A stretch of DNA of 63,776 bases, the filler included. It is 10 parts of 10 records of this genome, joined end to end, with 100 filler letters (N's around TTAATTAATTAA, not from the genome) between each part and the next. Parts side by side here need not be neighbours in the genome. Positions count along the whole stretch, not along the records: positions 52,680 to 58,253 come from SRR31147125_275428; positions 58,354 to 63,776 come from SRR31147125_275516; 8 more parts are not named here. The stretch is one strand, 5' to 3'. The translations under genes were made by a program, and so were the position numbers. The stretch's first letter is position 1. Each line of letters begins with the position of its first letter. This document shows positions 55,834 to 63,776 of the stretch, piece after piece. The notes beneath the pieces were generated by a model that was not told the DNA's origin, made no database searches, and saw only the letters and a list, made by a program, of their open reading frames with translations.

Positions 55834-57228
55834 ATGACATTGAATCATCTGAACGATCAGGATTTGCATCATCTGGCATCGTTGGTCGGCGAGGAGCGCT
55901 GCTCGACCGGTGAATCGGTGCTGAATACCCACTCGAGGGACCAGTCGTTGCACCCGCCCTCCAAACCCGAGGTGGTGATATGGCCCGAGTCAAAGGATGA
56001 AATTGCTGCCATCCTTAAGTATGCCAACGAAAGGCGGTTGCCGATCACCGGTTGGGGTTCGGGCAGCAGCCTTGAGGGCAATCCGATTCCGGTATGTGGC
56101 GGCATTGTTTTGAGCTTTGAGCGCATGAACCGGATATTGAATGTGCGGCCGGATGATTTCCAGATCGATGTGCAGCCGGGTGTGGTCTACAAGGAGATGA
56201 ATCATGAGTTGCGCCACACCGGCCTCTTTTTCCCGCCGGACCCGGGCGCCGGGGCCACCATTGGCGGTATGATTGCCAATAATGCCAGTGGCACGCGAAC
56301 CGTTCGCTATGGTTCGACCAAGGATTATGTCCAGCAGTTGACGGTGGTGCTGGCTGATGGGGAGGTAGTCGAGGTAGGCAACCGGGCTTCGAAAAGCTCA
56401 TCTGGGTATGATCTGCTTCATCTGTTCGTGGGATCGGAGGGTATGCTTGGGATCGTGGCCGAGGCGACACTGCGCCTGGCACCGATCCAGGAAGAGTTCG
56501 CTTGGGCGGTGGCCACCTTCCCCAGCGTCGAGGCGGCCAGCAAAGCGGTGTTGGATGTCATGCGCTCGGGGATCGATCCGGCGGCTATCGAGTTGCTGGC
56601 GCCGGAGTGCATCGATCTGATCAATAGATTCAAGGGGTTTGATTTGACGGTTTCGCCCACTCTGTTTGTCGAGCTGCACGGCGCAACAACGCAGCACCTC
56701 TCCGAAGCGATGGATCTGCTGCAAGAAGTTAGTAGCGATCAGGGCTGTGTCGATTTCAGGCCGGGTCTGGATCGTACCGAGCGGGATCGCCTGGTCGAGG
56801 CACGCCACTCTCTGGGCGAGATGATACCCCGTGCCCATTCGGATCAGCGTCGGGTTGTGATCGATGTGGCGGTGCCGATTTCCGCCTATCCTGCGATGAT
56901 TGCTTACGCACGAGAAGTGGCCGAGGAGGCGAAGGGAACCATTGCTTACATTTTCGGCCATGCCGGGGACGGCAATATCCATTTGGTGGTGGGTGCCAAG
57001 CCGGATGATGCGCCGGCCTGGAAGGCCATCGATGAGTTGAACCGGCGCATGGTTGAAAAGGCGTTGGAAATGGATGGTACGGCCACGGGTGAACACGGTG
57101 TCGGTATTGGCAAGCGGAAGTTCATGCCGGCCGAACACGGCTTGTCGTTGGCGTGGATGAAGCGGGTGAAGGATCTTTTCGATCCTAACGGTATACTCAA
57201 TCCGGGGAAGATGTTTCCTGAAGAATAG
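55834..57228 (+). CDS. FAD-linked 2-hydroxyacid oxidase/dehydrogenase (GlcD/D-lactate dehydrogenase family)
   Basis: FFPPDPGA, TIGGMIANNASG, GSEGMLG, GHAGDGNIH, TGEHGVG, FDPNGILNPGKM. Confidence 0.92.
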   Translation: MTLNHLNDQDLHHLASLVGEERCSTGESVLNTHSRDQSLHPPSKPEVVIWPESKDEIAAILKYANERRLPITGWGSGSSLEGNPIPVCGGIVLSFERMNRILNVRPDDFQIDVQPGVVYKEMNHELRHTGLFFPPDPGAGATIGGMIANNASGTRTVRYGSTKDYVQQLTVVLADGEVVEVGNRASKSSSGYDLLHLFVGSEGMLGIVAEATLRLAPIQEEFAWAVATFPSVEAASKAVLDVMRSGIDPAAIELLAPECIDLINRFKGFDLTVSPTLFVELHGATTQHLSEAMDLLQEVSSDQGCVDFRPGLDRTERDRLVEARHSLGEMIPRAHSDQRRVVIDVAVPISAYPAMIAYAREVAEEAKGTIAYIFGHAGDGNIHLVVGAKPDDAPAWKAIDELNRRMVEKALEMDGTATGEHGVGIGKRKFMPAEHGLSLAWMKRVKDLFDPNGILNPGKMFPEE

Positions 57229-57343
57229 TGTTGATAATCACAAATCACACGTCGGTTTGAGTGATTGGGAAACCATGACATCGGTGCACGTGGTGTGACT
57301 TGTTCAGCGACTTAAAATAATCGAAGGTTGATGACTTAATATG

Positions 57344-57379
57344 AAAGGCGCAGGATCGAATCGATCCTGCGCCTTTTTT
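57344..57379. terminator. Intrinsic, probably bidirectional terminator
   Basis: AAAGGCGCAGGATCG-AAT-CGATCCTGCGCCTTT followed by TTT, between convergent genes. Confidence 0.85.
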
Positions 57380-57412
57380 GTGAAAAGTTCGCTTTATCAG
57401 ACCATATTGGCT

Positions 57413-58253
57413 CTACTTGAAAAACAGATCCGGCAGCCAGGTGGCGATCTCCGGAAAGATGATCACCAGGGCCAGTCCGGTACACTCTATGATGGTGAAC
57501 GGGATGACCGAGCGGTAGATATCGCCCATGCTGATGGAGGGCGGCACGATCGCTTTCAGGTAGAACAGGTTGAAGCCGAAGGGCGGTGTCATGTAGCCGA
57601 CGTTCATGTTCATGATGAAAAGGATACCGAACCACAGGGGATCGAAACCGTGAGCTTTGATGATCGGAAGGAAGACCGGCACGCAGATCATCATGATGCC
57701 GGCCGGGTCGAGTACCATGGCCAGCAGGAAGATGACGAGCTGAATGAAGATGATCGTTCCCCACGGTCCGCCGGGCACGTACTGCATAATGTCCTCTATG
57801 AGATGGGCGGCGCCCATGCCGTGGTAGGCAGCCGTGAAGCTGTACGCGCCGAACAGGATCCACATGATCATGCCGGTCAGCTTGAAGGTGCGCATGCTGG
57901 CTTCGAGCAGCAGCCCCCAGGTCAGCTGGCGGTAGACCAAGGCTGAAACCAGGGCGCCGAAGAGACCGACGGCCGCTGCTTCGGTTGGAGTGGTGACGCC
58001 AAACACGATCGAACCGAGCACTGCAAAGACGATGCTGACGGGTAGGATGACGGCTTTGAGAGCTTTAAGTTTCTTGCCCCAGTCCCCGCGCTCCTCCTGC
58101 GGTAGTGCAGGCGCCAGATGAGGTTGAAAATAGCAGCGGATCAGAACATAGGATGATACAAGGATGAGCAGCATAAAGCCGGGGAGCACGCCTCCGGCAA
58201 AGAGACGTCCCACCGATTCTCCCGAGATGAGCGCATATAGGATCATGATGACG
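57413..58253 (-). CDS. dctM: TRAP transporter large permease DctM, 5' partial
   Basis: SVGRLFAGGVLPG, TTPTEAAAVG, GFDPLWFGIL, MTPPFGFNLFYLK. Confidence 0.93.
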
Positions 58254-58353
58254 NNNNNNNNNNNNNNNNNNNNNNNNNNNNNNNNNNNNNNNNNNNNTTA
58301 ATTAATTAANNNNNNNNNNNNNNNNNNNNNNNNNNNNNNNNNNNNNNNNNNNN
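58254..58353. other. Artificial contig linker
   Basis: N-run, TTAATTAATTAA, N-run. Confidence 0.99.
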
Positions 58354-61300
58354 CCCCCAGACCCTGTTGGACAGGCAATACGGCGCGTAGGATGGCAGAA
58401 TTAGGTCTTCCACAGTATCTCGTGGCCCTTGCCCAGGTTTGTTTGACATAGGATTATCCTCATCCTCATCATTGTTTGTTCATCACACAGGAACCCCACT
58501 TGGATGGGCAGTATCAGGCAATTGGAGCACTTTCATCTATGGCGGATAATGGAGGAGGTACGAGCGAGGGTCTTTGGATATCGATTGAGGCGCAATCCTC
58601 CTCTAGATCTTGCCAAGGTTCTCATCGTCCGTGCGGGTGCTATGCGTGTTCTTCGTGCAACGCTTTCCACACAAATGGAGGACATAAATGCACAAGTGAG
58701 AAACAGTATATTGGATCGCTTCTTTTTCACACGAATGGGGACAGGCGTTGATGTGCATTGACAAACTGGTGGAATCGGGTTTGTATCCCTAGGCTTGAAC
58801 CCACGTTCCGTGCACCATACTGAAGCAATGGGGTACATATAGTTCACTGTCGGGAACCCATGGCGGAGGAAGGTGTACTCGACTGTGTTACTCCCTTCTG
58901 TTCTCACAAGGTTTCCCACCTCCGGCAATCGGCCATGAGTATTCTTCTCAAACTAAGTAGTGACGGTATGTGCGGTACCGTGTGACATGATGCGAATGCG
59001 TGTAACGGATGCACGTAACAGAGGCATCACGGTGGCAAGTATCCTCCTCTCCTGATGCAAAGCTAATCTTGTCCAGTGATGTAAGGAAGACCCGGTCTAC
59101 ACCTGTTGTAACCCCCCTCCGTGTGTGTGTGTGTGTGCAGATCACGTCAGGCGATGAACGACTTCAGTTAGATGCCCTCAAAATCATTTCGGCGCTTGCC
59201 TCAAGCTGTGCGTACGCTTCAGGGAAAACGAGGATCGAATTCACCTTTTATTGAATCTAGGGGACACCCACGAGTTCATTACAACGACAGGATGTATGCA
59301 GATCCTCGTTGGTGTGGTTCGATCCTCGGATAATCCAGAGGTGCGTGAATATGAGAACAGTCACATGTCTCACCTTCCCTCCTTCCCCTGTAGTTGCTCT
59401 TTTTTGCCACCTCCATTGTTGCATCTCTTTGCTCTAACCCCGCCTCTCACCCAATTCTTCTGAAACACGGACTGCTGCATCCTCTCATTAGCCTGTTTAA
59501 ACTTAAGGCCGGTTCCATCCAGGTGTGTACAAGGCCATGATGGTTGTTCTTGGCCCCGTTCGTATGACACACGCACAACGGAGATAGTCCGAGGCAGCGA
59601 GAGCGTTATCCTTTCTTGCAGAAGAGTGTGCGTGTTCTTCTGTTCGTTGTGTGCACCAGAATGGCTTATCCTTCACTTGTAGCCTCCACTCGCCCAGAAC
59701 TCGTAGCAGAGGGCTGTGTGAAATATTTCATGGAACTCACCAACTCTCCCAACGAGATCGATAAGGCAACTGCTGCGCGTGCTCTGGCGATCTTCACTTC
59801 CGGTGCGTTGCTTTCGTTCTTTGGACATTGGACATTGGACATTGGACTCACGCGATGATGACGTTCCAGAGCCGCATGCCGTGGTGGGTAGAAGTAGAAG
59901 TAGGAGTGCAAGTGGAAGTGGAAGTGGAAGTGCAGGTGCAAGTGGAGGTGCAGGCAGCATGGGGTCTTTGAGACAGGGGAGTCAACATGGGGTTCTCTTT
60001 TCATTGCTAGCGATGCTACGATCTGAAGGTGGGTTTGTATTGTTGATTGATTCCTTTACATGAGGTGAAACGCTCATCTCCACGTGAAGGAGGTTCCACT
60101 CCCCCTCAATCAATCCATGCTGTCGCCGATATGATCACCGATGGTGCGCATTCCGCTTTGGTTCGTAGGGATTCATGTCGTGCAGAGGAGTCTGCGGCCG
60201 CCGCTGTCAATGAGAATGCCCTTGGAATATTGATCAACGTACTTTGTATGTCTGATGAACTCAAATTTGTCTGGAGTGCCTGCCGAGCTCTGTCATACAT
60301 TGCTACGTGTACGTGTGGAGTACGATGGCACGGAACTTCGTCTACTCAGAACAGGACTCAACAGTGAAGCAATTCAGGCACCTACTCATTCATGAAGGTG
60401 TTTTGGAGGGTGTTATCCGAATCCTGGGGTTCGAGGATATCGAGATACGAAGGGGAGCCTGTCGCATCGTCGCGGGCCTGGCAGGTTGGTAGTACAACAC
60501 ACCGTCTTTGTTTGACCTTGATGAGGTGCCTAGGCCTTTCCCATGAAGAATGCATTCGAATAGAATCCTGCATACGCCCTCTGTTTTTGCTCGCTCAAAG
60601 GTGCGGTGTGGGGCACCGTTGTCTACGTGTGTCTCCTCACTCTCCGCCAGTCCTGACATCCAGACGAGCATCCAATCGCTTTCAGCGCTGAACTCACTCT
60701 GCCAGTCAGGTATGCCTCGTTTATGAGAGATTGGTTGTGTCTCATTCAACACAATTAGCGGATCTGTGCAAGCGTTATGTGTGGACCAAGGAAGCCGTCG
60801 CTCCACTAATCACCATTCTCAAGAATGCACTGGCTACCAATAACGTTGATCTTCAGAGGCAAGGGGTTGCATTGCTGATGCACATGACCGGAAAATGTGC
60901 GCCTACGTGTCCTTGGTGTACCTGTTCCGACTCGGTCCCCGTAGCGCAACTCATGGATCCCATTGTTGAATGGGGAGGTATTGATCTTCTTTTTCAGGCT
61001 AGTAGCGATCTGTTTCTTTCGCGAACGAACTTATATCCCACACGCCTCTCTCAGATTGCTTGCATGGACAATCCAACCCTTGTCTATTGTGCCATTAGCG
61101 CCTTTGCCAATATGGCATGCTCCGGTATGAATTCTCTCAAAAGACCTGTTCTTCTAACACAGCGTGCTTGTTCCCTTCCAGGGATTATCGGAAAGCGCTT
61201 GGTGGAGGCAGGCACGTTGAAACTGCTCTATCCACTTGCTCGTGCGAATTCAAGCGTTCGTCATGAGGCTGTTCGTGCACTGGCCAACTTGGGTGTCTCC

Positions 61301-63757
61301 GGTTTGTCGTCCTGCACACAACCCGGTCGCGGAGAACTAACCCTTTTGTACAGCTTGTTCATCCCTTACTGCGCTTCCCAAGCGACGATGTTTCTTTGCG
61401 GCAGCCTTTGCTCGAGGAGCCTTGTGGCTCTTCCATGGCAAGCGTGATCATGTCAAAAAGGCGAAGTGTTTACGGCACACATATCGTTACACCGTTGGTA
61501 GGGTCGATCTCCGTCATGGGCGCAGCGTGACCGTCTCATTTCTGTTTTGGGGGCAGCTACGGACACATGGAGGAAGTTCACACATCCAGATTCACCCCCG
61601 GGGCGGTTTGGACACACGGCCACCTACTCCGAGGAGTTCATTTACATTTTGGGAGGAAAGGGAGGGATACTGAGTATCGCGGTCGGAAAGGGAGACAATG
61701 TGTTTCGATTTGATCTGGGTCCGTTTCTGTGCAGGTGTCTGAGATTAACAACTTATTTGCGTTCGTTCGTAGAGAATAATGCATGGAAATCACTGGCACA
61801 CGGCCCAGCCAGGTACATGTCATCACATGCGGGCAAAGACTAACGCCACTGCATTCCAAGGTACTTCCATTCTACTGTTGTTGTTCGGGACAAATTGCTG
61901 GTCTTTGGTGGAAAAGACTTGGACAACAATCGGTGCACGGATGACTTGTACATGTATGACATTGGTACGTTTGTTACATGTTGTGGGGATACTTGTTGAG
62001 GGGGCTTGGACAGTGCTGGACAAGTGGTGTCACCTCAATCCCTCTCCACGTCCCTCACCGCGTTACAAACACTCGGCCGTGAATGTGAATGATACCATGA
62101 TTGTGTTTGGAGGGATGGATAGCCACGGGAACGTTCTTAATGATGTATGGGTCTTTGGTATGTTGTTTCGAGCTTTGGCCTCAGGACAGGTATTTTTGCT
62201 CATTTCGGCATTCTGTCAGCCAACAATTCGTGGGTCAAGCTTGATCCTGCCAGTGAATCTCCTCCTCCTCGTTTGGGTCATGCAGCTGTCGTCCTCGGTG
62301 ATGTGATGGTGATCTTTGGGGGAAGAGAAAGCACTAGTGGCCCGAGTTCGCCCAAGAAATCAAGTTATCTCAATGACTTGTGGCAATATGATATCGGTAG
62401 CGTGCACACATCACATCACGAACCTATGAAGCCTGTTATGTGATCTCCCTGTATAGCGACGAATACGTGGATGCGTTTGGACCACGTCAGACTTCCGATT
62501 CCCCCTCGCTATCGTCCTGCTTCATTCTTAGAAGAGAATCAGTTATTGATATTTGGCGGTGTGGGACAAAGGGAAGATGGGACGATTGGACCCTTCACTG
62601 ATATGTGGCAGCTCAATTTGAGTACGTTGACATAGGTGGCTCGGGGGATAGGCGTGTGCGACTCACCACCACCACCACCACCACATAGGCACGGTTCGTC
62701 CGTTTTCCAAGTTTGAGGTCGTTTTCAATGCGAATTTTGAACGCCTTCTTCGTCTATTGTCATTCATTGATAATGGAGAATCCCTGGTAACGTATCTCCC
62801 CTCTCTGTTTGCCTCTGTCTTATCCCCTGTGTAGTTCCAGTCGTCCCACTATGTGACAGCGAAAGAGCTTGTCGAAAAAGCTGTTGCGTCCGGGTACACC
62901 GTGGAACTTGTCGACAGTTTCTATCAGCCGGGTGAGATGGACTTTGTGATGGCCACAAACACGGCCCACCTCAACTTGATCGTGGAAATGGTGGCATTTG
63001 TATACGAGGTCTATCGATCGGAGGTATGTGGCGACGGTGTGGCGGCGGTGTGGTCGTGGTGGTGGTTGAGCCCTGGGCCCAAGGACTATCACGTTCTCGA
63101 AGACAATATTGGGGCGAAGCTTGAATGGTTTTGTGAGTGTTATGATGGCTTCCGATTTCAGCACTGCGCATTACACGTACAGTACATTTTCCAGTGGTGG
63201 TTGCCGCAGGTGTGTGCGGGTGCGGAACGAACGTTCGTTGGTATAACTGGCCGTGTGCAGTTGATCGAGGTTCTTGCCAGACTATCGTTGGCATATGAAC
63301 CGTTCAACCTGGCAGCTGGGTGCGTACAGACGGACGGAATTCCTGCGTTGCGTTCCAACTCACAATGTTCGTCCAGTTTTCATCGCACCTCCAATCCAAA
63401 CTTCGTTCACTACTTTCGAGAGAGTTCGATCATTGCCGTAACACTCTTGGCTGCAGGCTACATTCACCCAGGTCCTAATCATGTGATTACAAGGCTCGAG
63501 TCAGAGTGGTCAAAGAACGTCCGCGAGGTAAGGTGGCTGTCTCTCTATGAGTGAAAGATGAACGGGATGCCCTCCCAGGCTACGATCATACGACGGAAAC
63601 GATCCATGGAGCAGCGTCCGCAGAGGTCCCGAAATCGCTCTGCGAGCCTCACCAAGATTGAAGATGTAGGCCTTGTTCTTGTCTTTGTGCTCGCCTCATA
63701 CTCCCACAGATTCAAGAGAAATTTCGACTCAGGGCTGCATTTCAGCCATCGATCAAG
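58354..63757 (+). CDS. Large eukaryotic armadillo-repeat + Kelch-repeat protein, multi-exon, partial at both ends
   Basis: ARM-like helices (LVAEGCVKYF, AARALAIF, ACRALSYI, VRHEAVRALANL); Kelch blades (PPGRFGHTA..YILGG, PSPRYKHSA..VFGG, PPPRLGHAA..IFGG); spliced frame appears to continue past 62690 into an unrecognised C-terminal domain. Confidence 0.8.
59821..59847. repeat. Intronic 7-bp tandem repeat (TTGGACA)x~4
   Basis: ttggacattggacattggacattggac. Confidence 0.85.
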
Positions 63758-63776
63758 GTGTGTGTGTGTGTGTGTG
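63758..63776. repeat. (GT)n microsatellite at contig end
   Basis: Perfect GT repeat beginning at an apparent splice donor. Confidence 0.95.

Noticed and set aside
20251-57946. Numerous long antisense or alternative-frame ORFs (e.g. 20251-21180, 24076-24888, 27714-28550, 32933-33733, 56398-57138)
   Set aside because: Shadow ORFs of GC-rich genuine genes, with no recognisable motifs or RBS.
5136-58353. Regularly recurring TTAATTAATTAA palindrome as a biological repeat or CRISPR-like array
   Set aside because: Always centred in identical 100-nt N-spacers; it is a six-frame-stop assembly linker. No repeat-spacer array was seen anywhere in the window.
58696-59140. An unusually long intron that might host a ncRNA
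   Set aside because: Closer reading resolves it into three short exons (ALMCIDKLVES, HCREPMAEEG..., ASRWQVSSS...) separated by normal short introns.

Overview
This window is not one locus. It is a pseudomolecule of ten unrelated contigs (5-8 kb each) joined by 100-nt N-linkers that contain TTAATTAATTAA. Three contigs (1-5135, 13295-19935, 58354-63776) come from an intron-dense microbial eukaryote with mostly 40-70 nt spliceosomal introns. They carry cytoplasmic dynein-1 heavy chain, a WD40 protein, an FHA-domain Ser/Thr kinase, a hypothetical protein and an ARM+Kelch protein. Seven contigs are bacterial; six look Desulfobacterota-like and one carries a spirochaete-like integrase. They contain: (1) part of a lipid/arylpolyene-like cluster with a radical SAM-SPASM enzyme and an MMPL-methyltransferase fusion; (2) DUF6351/DUF3108/selO and an MggS-like glycosyltransferase; (3) a GntR-linked GidA-like flavoprotein/permease operon plus pit/DUF47; (4) a Fur/TonB-receptor/DUF2325 metal-uptake locus; (5) GH78/GH38 glycosidases and a dead integrase; (6) MFS, cNMP-DUF4388, SDR, methyltransferase and M16 peptidase; (7) MFS/MBL/IclR/FAD-oxidase/TRAP. 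Many bacterial genes carry single-base frameshifts, mostly in homopolymers, which are probably assembly errors. The best novelty candidate is a two-copy structured 5' leader (35221-35303 and 37816-37915) upstream of the TonB receptor and the DUF2325 gene. It shows a compensatory base-pair change and mutually exclusive hairpins that can hide or expose the Shine-Dalgarno, so it may be an undescribed metal-related riboswitch or attenuator. All family assignments are by motif recognition; no searches were run.
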